In this document: positions 22,697-31,362 of the stretch, one piece after another
Layout of the letters: each line of letters starts with the position of its first letter
How positions within the stretch are numbered: the stretch's first letter is position 1
Source of the DNA: an uncultured Acidobacteriota bacterium
GTDB lineage: Bacteria; Acidobacteriota; Terriglobia; UBA7540
DNA length: 64,000 nt
Assembly: GCA_963804995.1 (NCBI GenBank)
Contig: CAWDSK010000001.1
Location: forward strand, 384,001-448,000
Reading direction: 5' to 3'
Notes under the pieces: model-generated
Databases searched by the model: none
What the model saw: the letters and a program-made list of their open reading frames with translations, nothing else
What the model was told of the DNA's origin: nothing
Made by a program: the position numbers and the translations under genes

Positions 22697-23221
22697 ATGC
22701 TCGAAGACAAACTCGGCAAGAGATATTCCCTGTGGCTAATGCCGAGGGGCGACGTCCACGAACAACTGGCGCGAGTACTTCACGGCTTGGCTGCCCAGTG
22801 CGGGGCGCCGGAATTTCCACCGCACGTCACGCTTCTGGGCAGTATCGTGGGAGAGCGCCGCGAGGTTGTCCGCAAATCCGCGGAACTCGCCACCCTCCTT
22901 CATCCCTTCACGATTCGTCTGGGAAAGATCGATTATCTCGACGCATACTTTCGCTGCCTTTTCGTTCGCGCGGCGGCTACCGCACCGCTTCGGGAGGCTC
23001 ACCGCAGCGCGCGGACCCTGTTGGAGCGTCCCCGTGAGCCTGCTTTCATGCCTCACCTGAGTCTCTTGTACGGAAATTTCACCCCAAGTTTTAAGGAAGG
23101 CCTGATTGCCAAACTAGGCCCGCGGATGGACCTGGAATTCAAGGTGCGGAGCCTCGGCCTTTATTCGACCGACGGTGAGCCGCGCCGGTGGCGCCAGGTG
23201 GCAACGTTCGGGTTGAAGTGA
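22697..23221 (+). CDS. 2H phosphoesterase (cyclic phosphodiesterase, CPDase-like)
   Basis: YSLWL N-terminus; two HxT/S motifs, PPHVTL and MPHLSLLY. Confidence 0.88.
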   Translation: MLEDKLGKRYSLWLMPRGDVHEQLARVLHGLAAQCGAPEFPPHVTLLGSIVGERREVVRKSAELATLLHPFTIRLGKIDYLDAYFRCLFVRAAATAPLREAHRSARTLLERPREPAFMPHLSLLYGNFTPSFKEGLIAKLGPRMDLEFKVRSLGLYSTDGEPRRWRQVATFGLK

Positions 23222-23340
23222 GGGTAGCGCAGTGCCGCAGGACAGCAAGCAAAACGAAACTCTCTGTGTCCTCTGTGCCTCCCAAGCTTTAACACAGACT
23301 ACACAGAGCAGCTCAGTGACCTCTGTGTGAAAAGCTCTTC

Positions 23341-23486
23341 GGAAACGGTGTCAGCTACCCTTTTCTTTTCAATTACCGAAGCAGGCGGTTCGGTTCGGAG
23401 CCCTGGGTGTCGAAGGCGGTGGCGCAGTTTGGATTGGAAAATCACAACCCCTGGCGCCCCAAAAAGGGTACCTGACACCGTTCTCC
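23341..23486 (+). repeat. ~145-bp inverted-repeat-bounded element, copy 1 (putative RAYT/REP remnant)
   Basis: GGAAACGGTGTCAGCTACCCTTTT...AAAAGGGTACCTGACACCGTTCTCC; interior shared with copies 2 and 3. Confidence 0.85.
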
Positions 23487-23489
23487 TCC

Positions 23490-23816
23490 TCACTCAAGAA
23501 TTGTCCCCACCTTTGCCAGAACCTCGTCCATGATCGCAGCGGGCACGTTTTCCAACTTTCTGCCGTGGCGCGCGCCGAGATCGAGCGCACGCGGCTGGTC
23601 GCAGCGGATAACGCCGGTGGTTTTCGTGCCTGCGCCGGAGAGAGATACCGCAAATCCAGCCGTCCGCGCGAAATTGCCGCCGCTGGTGATGGGGAGGACC
23701 ACAGGCACCTTGGTGACTTGGTTAAAGGCATCGGGCGAGATGATCAGGACAGGGCGCCGGCCCTTTTGCTCGTGTCCTTCCGCGGGATCAAGCCCCCAGA
23801 TTTCTCCCCTTCTCAT
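23490..23816 (-). CDS. pemK: PemK/MazF endoribonuclease toxin
   Basis: MRRGEIW, GHEQKGRRPVLIISP, VLPITSGG, IRCDQPRALD. Confidence 0.93.
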   Translation of the reverse strand: MRRGEIWGLDPAEGHEQKGRRPVLIISPDAFNQVTKVPVVLPITSGGNFARTAGFAVSLSGAGTKTTGVIRCDQPRALDLGARHGRKLENVPAAIMDEVLAKVGTILE

Positions 23817-24079
23817 CAGATCATCTCCCGGCCTACAGGCTTGTTATCGAGCCATTCCCGATCCTCTTTCGTGCGGCGAGCCTTGGAGTCGCACTGGGCG
23901 AGCAGTTCGTCCAGGGTGTAGCGGGGCCGTTTGGGCGGCTCCACCACCAACCGGCCGCGTTCGATTGCCATGCCGACCTTGGTCCCCGACCGCAAGCCCA
24001 GGATGTCGAGCACGGCGCGCGGGACGGCCAGCATGACCGAGCCCCCGACCTTGCGCAGATGGGTTGTGTGCATAGCCAC
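23816..24079 (-). CDS. pemI: PemI/MazE (AbrB-fold) antitoxin
   Basis: LRKVGGSVMLAVP, RYTLDELLAQCD; stop overlaps the toxin start. Confidence 0.92.
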   Translation of the reverse strand: MAMHTTHLRKVGGSVMLAVPRAVLDILGLRSGTKVGMAIERGRLVVEPPKRPRYTLDELLAQCDSKARRTKEDREWLDNKPVGREMI

Positions 24080-24132
24080 TCCTTTCGATTATATTTCAAT
24101 ATAACATCCTTTGTGAGGATTCTCAACACGGG

Positions 24133-24283
24133 GGAAACGGGGCCAGGTACCCTTTTCTTTTCAATAAGCGAAGCAGGCCGTACGGTTCGGAGCCCTCGGG
24201 GTCGAAGGCGGTGGCGCAGTTTGGATTGGAAAATACCATCCGCAACCCCTGCGCCCCTAAAAGGGTACCTGACACCGTTCTCC
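24133..24283 (+). repeat. ~145-bp inverted-repeat-bounded element, copy 2
   Basis: GGAAACGGGGCCAGGTACCCTTTT...AAAAGGGTACCTGACACCGTTCTCC. Confidence 0.85.
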
Positions 24284-24363
24284 CCTGCGTGTGTTTTCTG
24301 TGATCGCTTCAAACTTTTCGAGGTTTTCTAAAGCTAGGTTGGCAGCCCCTAGTTTATCCATGC

Positions 24364-24777
24364 TCATATAGCCACGGCCCCTCCAAGCTCAAAAATCTCC
24401 AGACGTTTCTTAGCAATCTCAACGTCTAGGTCGGCTAGCTCGCGGTTACACTCCATCATGCTCAGGGTGAAGACCGACTCGTCCGTCAGTGCCAGGTCGA
24501 GTTCCATACAGTGGTTGTGTTGCCATACTTTGGACTCACTATCCGTTACGAGCGCGGCCTTTCGCGTTTTTAGAATCTCCAGTTCGAGTTCCGCCCGTTG
24601 AGTATTTGGCATGGTCTGCATCTCCTTTGTGATCACGAGACGGTTAGGTGGCAAAGCCTCGACAAGGACCCTATCGCCTTCAAAAATCTGTACTTCCGAA
24701 AGAATTATCTGGGGAATTGAAATCACCATTGAACCAGCGACTTTTCGCAGCTTCACAATGTCCCGTGCCATGCACAT
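24364..24777 (-). CDS. AbrB/MazE-type DNA-binding protein with C-terminal coiled coil
   Basis: [15 protein letters not shown]...GDRVLVE swapped-hairpin pattern. Confidence 0.7.
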   Translation of the reverse strand: MCMARDIVKLRKVAGSMVISIPQIILSEVQIFEGDRVLVEALPPNRLVITKEMQTMPNTQRAELELEILKTRKAALVTDSESKVWQHNHCMELDLALTDESVFTLSMMECNRELADLDVEIAKKRLEIFELGGAVAI

Positions 24778-24982
24778 ACATTAACATATATATGGCTCGA
24801 CATCAAGCACTTTGTAATCAGGGGAAAAACCACCCACGCCGGGGATCCTCTAGCACGGTTTTCGGGCACTCCTCCGCGTCAGCCCCACCACCCCTTCCCC
24901 CATGGTGACCCTACTACTAAATATATATAATCCTACACTCCTGTCGCACAGCCCCCAGGCCGGGCGACTCCAAAATGCCCCG

Positions 24983-25996
24983 ATGCCCCTCAGCCGGACC
25001 GAAAGGATCGCGCTTGGAAAACAAAGGGTGAAAAACATCCTACAAAAGCACCTTGTCGCCACAATGCGGACCTTAGAGCAGAAGATCTCCGACGCAGGGC
25101 CATCAAACCAACGCATCAATCCTCACCTGCTCACCAGGGCGCTCCAAGAGCTCGAACAGGAAAAAAAGTTAGTCCGTCTTCAACGCGCTGGTGTCCCATG
25201 GTTCCACTTAGCTCAAACGAACCCGCAAGACGTAGACAGGCGGCTCCAAGTCCTAGAGCCTATTCACGCGGCTACCGTCAACGGGGAGTTCGTAAAGCGC
25301 TTGGGGCAATCACTTGAGATCGCTGTCTTTAAGGCACTCCGCGCCCAGACATCGCTCACTTTCTTTGGTGGGTTCCGAGACCTAGAGGAACACGACGACG
25401 ACTCGTTATACTCGCACGATGAACCCCCTAAAACCGTAAGCGGTCACACGATGCCTGGGAAACTAGACTTCATGGTTCTGGAAGGAGGGGCAATTGGAGC
25501 AATCGAAATAAAAAATACGCGACCTTGGATTTATCCTGACACCAGCGATGACGTACTTGAGCTTCTGCGCAAGTGTTGCGCTACTGACCTCGTTCCGGTG
25601 CTGATCGCTCGTAGGATTCACTACTCGACATTTTCCGTTCTCAGCCACTGCGGGGTTATTCTCCACCAGACCTATAACCAATTGTATCCACGATCAGACG
25701 CAGCCCTGGCTATGCAAGCGCGAGACAAGAACCTCCTTGGGTACCACGACATTCGCCTTGGGAACGAACCGGACGCCCGCCTAATTAAATTCATTCAGAC
25801 TAACCTACCTGCCCTGCTTCAGAGCTTCCGCGAACGGTTTGAACGCTTCAAGGACTTGCTGTGCGCGTACGCTCAGGGCGAGATGCGATACAAAGAATTC
25901 GCTGGCCGATCGAAGCGTAGACTTCGAGGCGAACCCGAGGACCTGCCTGAGTTCGAACCTCCAGACGAGTGGGAGATTCCAGACGATTACATGTAG
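24983..25996 (+). CDS. Hypothetical protein, putative PD-(D/E)XK nuclease
   Basis: GQSLEIAV...KLDFM...AIEIKN catalytic-like pattern; start chosen at ATG 24983. Confidence 0.6.
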   Translation: MPLSRTERIALGKQRVKNILQKHLVATMRTLEQKISDAGPSNQRINPHLLTRALQELEQEKKLVRLQRAGVPWFHLAQTNPQDVDRRLQVLEPIHAATVNGEFVKRLGQSLEIAVFKALRAQTSLTFFGGFRDLEEHDDDSLYSHDEPPKTVSGHTMPGKLDFMVLEGGAIGAIEIKNTRPWIYPDTSDDVLELLRKCCATDLVPVLIARRIHYSTFSVLSHCGVILHQTYNQLYPRSDAALAMQARDKNLLGYHDIRLGNEPDARLIKFIQTNLPALLQSFRERFERFKDLLCAYAQGEMRYKEFAGRSKRRLRGEPEDLPEFEPPDEWEIPDDYM

Positions 25997-26089
25997 AGCA
26001 AACCTCTGGCGGCGCTCCGCTGATAGGGCCGGCTGCATAAAATTCAAAGGTGGTCTAGGTCTTGCGAGAGCCCACTTCCATACCCCCGA

Positions 26090-26197
26090 ACGGCAGGCCC
26101 GGACCCGAACCGATGCCATCACGGCAGCAGATCGACCACGCCCGGAAGCTGATCGAGGACGGCCAGCGCCGCGAGGAGGTGGCCGCACTCCTGGAGC
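26090..26197 (+). pseudogene. Fragment of a serine resolvase C-terminal HTH, cut off by repeat copy 3
   Basis: GRP...SRQQIDHARKLIEDGQRREEVAALL resembles a resolvase HTH. Confidence 0.5.
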
Positions 26198-26198
26198 A

Positions 26199-26344
26199 GA
26201 AACGGTGTCAGACCCTTTTCTTTTCAATAAGCGAAGCAGGCCGTACGGTTCGGAGCCCTGGGTGTCGAAGGCGGTGGCGCAGTTTGGATTGAAAAATAAG
26301 ATCCGCAACCCCTGCCCCGAAAAGTGTTCCTGACACCGTTCTCC
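26199..26344 (+). repeat. ~145-bp inverted-repeat-bounded element, copy 3
   Basis: GAAACGGTGTCAGACCCTTTT...AAAAGTGTTCCTGACACCGTTCTCC; interior translates KRSRPYGSEPWVSKAVAQFGLKNKIRNP. Confidence 0.85.
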
Positions 26345-26419
26345 CGAGGCGAGGACGCTTGCGAACGTGTATCGAAGATTCGTAGCAAAGACCGACCGTA
26401 GGCCTGGAAAGGAGCGTGG

Positions 26420-27553
26420 ATGATGTCAAACGACTTGTTCGTGCGCCTGTCAAAATATGCTCCCAGGGCGGGGAAAAGCGCCATTGAAAATTTCTTTACG
26501 GAACTGGTAGGCCATCTCCTAGCTCAGGAGGACGCGGCTCGCCAGGAGTTCCTCTGGTTCCTCCCGAGCAATCTAGCCGATAGTCTCCGCGATGCACAGG
26601 TCACAACGCAATATTCAACGGAGAGCAGGAACATTGACCTCGCCCACTTGCGCCCCGACCTAGTGCTGCGCTCGGGCGGATTAGAATTGATTGTTGAGAA
26701 TAAGGTGGATGACAAATTGGAGGAAAAGCAACTTCGCCAGTATCTTGACTATGCCCAGGAGCGACGCCATGCATATGTAGTGGTGGCCTCTAGAGCCCAC
26801 AACCCAACCGTCGAGAAATTCCAACACAACCCTCAGTTCCCTCGGTTTGAGGGTGAGATCCTTTGGTGGCAGGTTGCCGACCGATGGAGCAAAAGAAGAA
26901 CAGACTTCTCAGATAAGTATCTTATTGAGGGTGTACTCGAATTCATGGAGGAGAATCAGATGGGAGCATTTGAACCTTTCCAACAAAAAGAAATCTCTGC
27001 GCCGAATCTGTGGCGCGCCTTCGTCAAGAAAAGAGACCAGTTACTGTCCCGTCTTAGCATGAAAATCGGACAGGCCACGTTGCTTGAGGCTTGCGGATTG
27101 CGGTCGCGGGGGGTGTACCCAGATGGCGAAACCGCAGGGGCATTGAGCCGAAAAGGGTTGGTCTGGTTCAGTCCTAGAGACGGGAATGCCGGCAAAGCTG
27201 ACTTCTGGTATTCGCTCGGCTTCATATATGGTCGAGAGAAGTGGTTGCTCCCGCCTCTCGAAGAGGGCCAACCCGAGTGTATTGCTTTTGTAGGTGCTTG
27301 GCAGCCTGACAGGGTGAGGGACTTGATGGTTGAGGAGGCCAAGCGACTAAGCGCCGGCCTGAGCGCCCCGGTCTTTGAGGTCAGAGGCTCTGACGATCAG
27401 GGCGCCGTTTTCCTATTTCGCCGAAGGCACCTAAAGGATTTCTTAGATGAGACCGACCAGCCCGCAGCCATTCTCAATTTCCTTGAGGAGTCCCACAAGA
27501 AGCTTGAGGCTGTGGTGCCCAAGATTCACGAACACTACCGCCAGGGAACGTGA
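26420..27553 (+). CDS. PD-(D/E)XK nuclease family protein
   Basis: ENFFTE, RPDLVL, IVENKV, QLRQY. Confidence 0.8.
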   Translation: MMSNDLFVRLSKYAPRAGKSAIENFFTELVGHLLAQEDAARQEFLWFLPSNLADSLRDAQVTTQYSTESRNIDLAHLRPDLVLRSGGLELIVENKVDDKLEEKQLRQYLDYAQERRHAYVVVASRAHNPTVEKFQHNPQFPRFEGEILWWQVADRWSKRRTDFSDKYLIEGVLEFMEENQMGAFEPFQQKEISAPNLWRAFVKKRDQLLSRLSMKIGQATLLEACGLRSRGVYPDGETAGALSRKGLVWFSPRDGNAGKADFWYSLGFIYGREKWLLPPLEEGQPECIAFVGAWQPDRVRDLMVEEAKRLSAGLSAPVFEVRGSDDQGAVFLFRRRHLKDFLDETDQPAAILNFLEESHKKLEAVVPKIHEHYRQGT

Positions 27554-27602
27554 CCCGGCGTGAGCTGCGAACCACACTGTCGGCATACTGACCGGGGGGG
27601 GT

Positions 27603-27665
27603 AACGGTGTCAGGGGGGGACCGAAAAGGGTACATAGCACCGTTCTCCCCTGACACCGTTCTCCC
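27603..27665 (+). repeat. Collapsed copy 4 of the element (ends only, right end partly doubled)
   Basis: AACGGTGTCAGG...AAAAGGGTACATAGCACCGTTCTCCCCTGACACCGTTCTCC. Confidence 0.75.
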
Positions 27666-27692
27666 AAGTCTTTGTGATACACTTTTGCCGCA

Positions 27693-28568
27693 ATGAGCAA
27701 TCTTTCGGAAACGGTCGCCAGACTAAGGCGCGACTTGGAGACGTTGCGAAGGGGAATAAGCGATCTTCGAGATGCAATACAGGAACACGCCCGCACCATA
27801 CATGACAAGGGTGAATATGAGAACCAAAAGACCCCAGTCTCGCCACCAGCAGTTGTCAAAATAGCGTTCGATGAAGATACGGTAGCTGACTCGAAAAGAG
27901 AGAACGAACGCCAACACCGCACTCAAAAGCAAATAAGGAACGCAACGCGAGCCGCAGTAATCGCAGCCGCCATCTATGCCCTCATATCGCTGGCCATATG
28001 GTTTCAAATGATAAAGCAGAACAAGATTTCAAGTGCTGAGCTTCGCCAGAGCACCGAATCGTTTCGCGTCGATGAGAGAGCTTGGATAGAAATTCAGCCG
28101 ATTAGGCCGATTCCCAGGACTCCGGCTTCGAGTGGTTTTGGGGCAATGTTTACCTATGACATTTTCCCGAAAAACGTCGGTAAGACTCCGGCCTACGACA
28201 TTGCCGTTAAGGCTGTACGCGGAGCGCCGATGTCCGGTCTTTCTTTGGGAGACAACGCCGATGAAATTATGTCTTACCAGAGAATGCTGCTGAAAAATAC
28301 ATTCGGAATGCCAGACGTTCTCATATCTAGAAGGGTCCCTAAAACGCTCGGTCCCGGTGAGGTTTCGAACGCCCCCTTTGATGTATATGGGCAGGAGCCG
28401 CAGAAGGGGCTCTACCAATTCCTGATCGGGCGCGTGGACTACACCGACGCGTTCCGAGTCCAACACTGGATGACATTCTGTCTGTTCATAGCCGATGGCA
28501 AGGGGGACCTTCAGTACTGTCAACAGGGTAACGACGAAGACCGAAATCCAGAGCTTCCGCCAAATTAG
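27693..28568 (+). CDS. Hypothetical single-pass membrane protein
   Basis: 291-aa ORF with one hydrophobic helix (AAVIAAAIYALISLAIW) and a beta-rich C-terminus. Confidence 0.7.
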   Translation: MSNLSETVARLRRDLETLRRGISDLRDAIQEHARTIHDKGEYENQKTPVSPPAVVKIAFDEDTVADSKRENERQHRTQKQIRNATRAAVIAAAIYALISLAIWFQMIKQNKISSAELRQSTESFRVDERAWIEIQPIRPIPRTPASSGFGAMFTYDIFPKNVGKTPAYDIAVKAVRGAPMSGLSLGDNADEIMSYQRMLLKNTFGMPDVLISRRVPKTLGPGEVSNAPFDVYGQEPQKGLYQFLIGRVDYTDAFRVQHWMTFCLFIADGKGDLQYCQQGNDEDRNPELPPN

Positions 28569-28814
28569 GGCACTAACTTACTTGACTCATCCACCTCTCT
28601 GGTTACCGATCCTCTCTTGAAAACTGTCATCCTGAGCCCGTCTTTTGGGCGAAGGACCTCGGCATTTCGCCGGAGTGGGGGAGCGGAGCGAACTACCGAG
28701 GTCCTTCACCCCGATAAAGGGCGTCGGGGTTCAGGATGACAGGTTTGGAAAATGTTGCCCAACCCTTTTTTATCCGCGGTCCCTCTGCGGGATGAGTCAA
28801 GTAAGTTAGTGCCC
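28568..28814. mobile_element. 247-bp MITE with 25-bp perfect inverted repeats and 6-bp target duplication
   Basis: GGGCACTAACTTACTTGACTCATCC...GGATGAGTCAAGTAAGTTAGTGCCC; AAATTA at 28562-28567 and 28815-28820; internal GTCATCCTGA...TCAGGATGAC REP-like pair. Confidence 0.85.
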
Positions 28815-29016
28815 AAATTAGGACACTACCCGGTATTGCATTACCGAGGCATCCCCCAGCCCAAGGGCGCCCGAAATCCCCCACCCTCACGGAGTAGTTG
28901 ACTTGCCAGGGGAATAAGCTTTCAATTGAGGCCAGCCGGCCGCCGTATGCGCCGCGGATCCTCCAACTTCCGGTGTTCATCGTGCGCAGAACGCCCTCCT
29001 CGCGAAAGGACAATCC

Positions 29017-31170
29017 GTGAACCCCCTGGACCCTATCCTCAAGCCCAAATCCATTGCGGTCGTCGGGACCTCCCGGAAAGAGAGATCGATTGGCCGCGAG
29101 ATCTTGCATCAGCTCATCGAGTTTGACTTTCAAGGCAAGCTCTTCCCGGTTAATCCCCACGCCGAGTCTATTCATTCCATCAAAGCCTTCCCCCGGGTGT
29201 CGTCGATTCCTGACCAGGTGGATTTGGCCATCATCGTGGTGCCGCGTGCTGAGGTCATGACCGTCATCGACAACTGTGGGACGAAAGGAGTGAAAGGGCT
29301 GGTGGTCATCACCGCGGGTTTCTCCGAGACCGGCGAGGAAGGGAAGCGCTTCGAAATCGAGCTGGGTGAACGGGTGCGGCGCTACGGCATGCGGATGATC
29401 GGGCCCAACTGCATGGGGATCATCAACACCGATCCCGCCGTCCGCATGGACGCGACTTTTGCCCCCACCCTCCCCCTGACCGGGCGAATCGCTTTCATGT
29501 CGCAGAGCGGCGCGCTGGGGGTGGCCATTCTCAATATTGCGCGCCAAATGGATATCGCCTTTTCCTACTTCGTGGGGCTGGGAAACTCAACTGATGTCTC
29601 CGGCATCGACATGCTGCTGTATTGGGAGGATGATCCCCAGACGGACTTGATCCTGATGTATCTCGAGTCGTTTGGAGACGCCAAGCGCTTCATACAGAAT
29701 TGCCGGCGCGTCTCGAAGCGCAAGCCGTTGCTGGTGGTTAAGTCGGGCCGGACGGAAGCCGGCGCGCGCGCCGCCACCTCCCACACCGGGGCGCTGGCCG
29801 CGCGCCAGGGGCTGGACATCGCCACGGACGCCCTCCTTGAGCAATGCGGCGTCCTGCGTGTGAATACGGTCGAGGAATTATTCGATCTCGCGCTCACCTT
29901 CTCGAAGAATCCCCTGCCGCGCGGAAACCGGTTGGGGATTCTCACCAATGCCGGCGGCCCCGCCATCATGGCTACGGACGCCGCCATCGCCAACGGGCTC
30001 GCCATGGCAAACTTTTCTGAGCGGACGTGCCAGGAGCTGCGGCGATTGCTTCCTCCCGAGGCGAGCATCCAGAACCCCGTGGACATGACTCCGCAATCAG
30101 ACCGCCGCAAGTATGACGCCTGCGCGCGCATTCTGCTGGAAGACGATGGCATTGACATGCTGCTGGTTGTCTTCGTTCCTCCCATGATGATCAGCGCCAT
30201 GGACATCATCCTGGGCCTGGAGGAGGTGCGTCATAAGTATCTGAAGCCTGTGGTCTCGGTCATGATGGCTCCGGAAGAATTCTTCACGGAGTTGAACCTG
30301 GACCATCCCAACCATCTGGCGCTTTACCTTTTCCCGGAGTCGGCGGTGAATGCACTGGCGGCGCTCAACCGCTATCGCTTGTGGCGCGAACGGCCGGTGG
30401 GAGAAGTGAAGCATTTCGAGGTTCGCCGCGGGGCGGCAGAGGAACTCCTTCACGAAGCGAGCAGCCAGGGTCGAGCCCAATTGGCCGCGGAGGAGAGCCT
30501 GCGCCTGATTGGGCATTACGGAATTCCCGTGCCGGAATCCACCACGGTCGCGAACCTGGAAGAGCTTAAACGCGTCTCCCGCGGCCTTCACTACCCGGTC
30601 GTCCTCAAAGCGGTTCTGCCGGAGCTTGTCCACAAGATGGAAGCAGGAGGCGTGGTTACGGATCTGCGTGGTCCGGAGGAACTCGTGGCGGCGGCGGAAA
30701 AAATGGCGGAGTCCGTCGCTCGCTATCAAGGGAGCACTGAGGCCGGAGAGAGGCGCCTCGGATTCCTGATTCAAGAATACGTGCGGGGCGGGCGCGAGGT
30801 CATTGTGGGCATGACGCTCGACCCGAAGTACGGGCCGCTGGTGATGTTCGGGCTGGGAGGCATTTACGTCGAAACCGTCAAAGACGTGGTCTTCCGCGTC
30901 CCGCCCCTCACCGACCTCGAGGCTAAGGATATGATCCGGCAAATTCGCGGCTATCGCTTGCTGGAGGGCGTGCGCGGCGAGGCCCCTGTGAATCTGGACG
31001 CGCTGGCGGAAATTCTGCAACGGTTCTCGCAACTCGTGGAGGAATTGCCGGAACTTGCCGAAATTGAAATCAACCCCCTGCTGGTTTTCCCGGAAGCCAA
31101 AGAGTTCCGCGCCGTCGACTCGCGGGTGCGTTTGTCGCAAACGCAGGAAATGCTGACTCGGTTTAGCTAG
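29017..31170 (+). CDS. ADP-forming acyl-CoA synthetase (fused CoA-binding, ligase and ATP-grasp domains)
   Basis: IGPNCMG, SQSGALG, SHTGALA (phospho-His), TNAGGP, NPVD, YPVVLK, GLGGIYVE, EINPL. Confidence 0.9.
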   Translation: MNPLDPILKPKSIAVVGTSRKERSIGREILHQLIEFDFQGKLFPVNPHAESIHSIKAFPRVSSIPDQVDLAIIVVPRAEVMTVIDNCGTKGVKGLVVITAGFSETGEEGKRFEIELGERVRRYGMRMIGPNCMGIINTDPAVRMDATFAPTLPLTGRIAFMSQSGALGVAILNIARQMDIAFSYFVGLGNSTDVSGIDMLLYWEDDPQTDLILMYLESFGDAKRFIQNCRRVSKRKPLLVVKSGRTEAGARAATSHTGALAARQGLDIATDALLEQCGVLRVNTVEELFDLALTFSKNPLPRGNRLGILTNAGGPAIMATDAAIANGLAMANFSERTCQELRRLLPPEASIQNPVDMTPQSDRRKYDACARILLEDDGIDMLLVVFVPPMMISAMDIILGLEEVRHKYLKPVVSVMMAPEEFFTELNLDHPNHLALYLFPESAVNALAALNRYRLWRERPVGEVKHFEVRRGAAEELLHEASSQGRAQLAAEESLRLIGHYGIPVPESTTVANLEELKRVSRGLHYPVVLKAVLPELVHKMEAGGVVTDLRGPEELVAAAEKMAESVARYQGSTEAGERRLGFLIQEYVRGGREVIVGMTLDPKYGPLVMFGLGGIYVETVKDVVFRVPPLTDLEAKDMIRQIRGYRLLEGVRGEAPVNLDALAEILQRFSQLVEELPELAEIEINPLLVFPEAKEFRAVDSRVRLSQTQEMLTRFS

Positions 31171-31246
31171 CGCTTAACCACCGGGCGAGGGGCTAAAAGG
31201 TCGGGCTCAGCTTGGCCTGTTAGTGCACTTTACTCTTGCAGGTTCG

Positions 31247-31356
31247 CGACTTTTTGTCATTGGTGGGACATGTCCCACTTGTTGCTCTCCGCGCGGCATA
31301 GCGCGCGAGGTCCCACTTACTTTCCCGCCTGCACGCGTTTTTTTCCTATGACTTTT
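31247..31356. repeat. ~110-bp dispersed intergenic repeat; second copy 56620-56728
   Basis: CGACTTTTTGTC...GGTGGGACATGTCCCAC.TGTTGCTCTCCGCG.GGCATAGCG.GCGAGGTCCCACTTA...ATGACTTTT at both sites. Confidence 0.8.
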
Positions 31357-31362
31357 GATGAG

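Noticed and set aside
17759..23221. CYTH protein, 2H phosphoesterase and EndoV as a cyclic-nucleotide defence system
   Set aside because: Not operonic, mixed with housekeeping genes, host-like composition, and over 25 kb from the cyclase locus
23341..27665. CRISPR array or classical integron attC array
   Set aside because: Repeats are ~145 bp with gene-sized, unequal intervals; no cas genes or integron integrase; no RYYYAAC/GTTRRRY ends recognised
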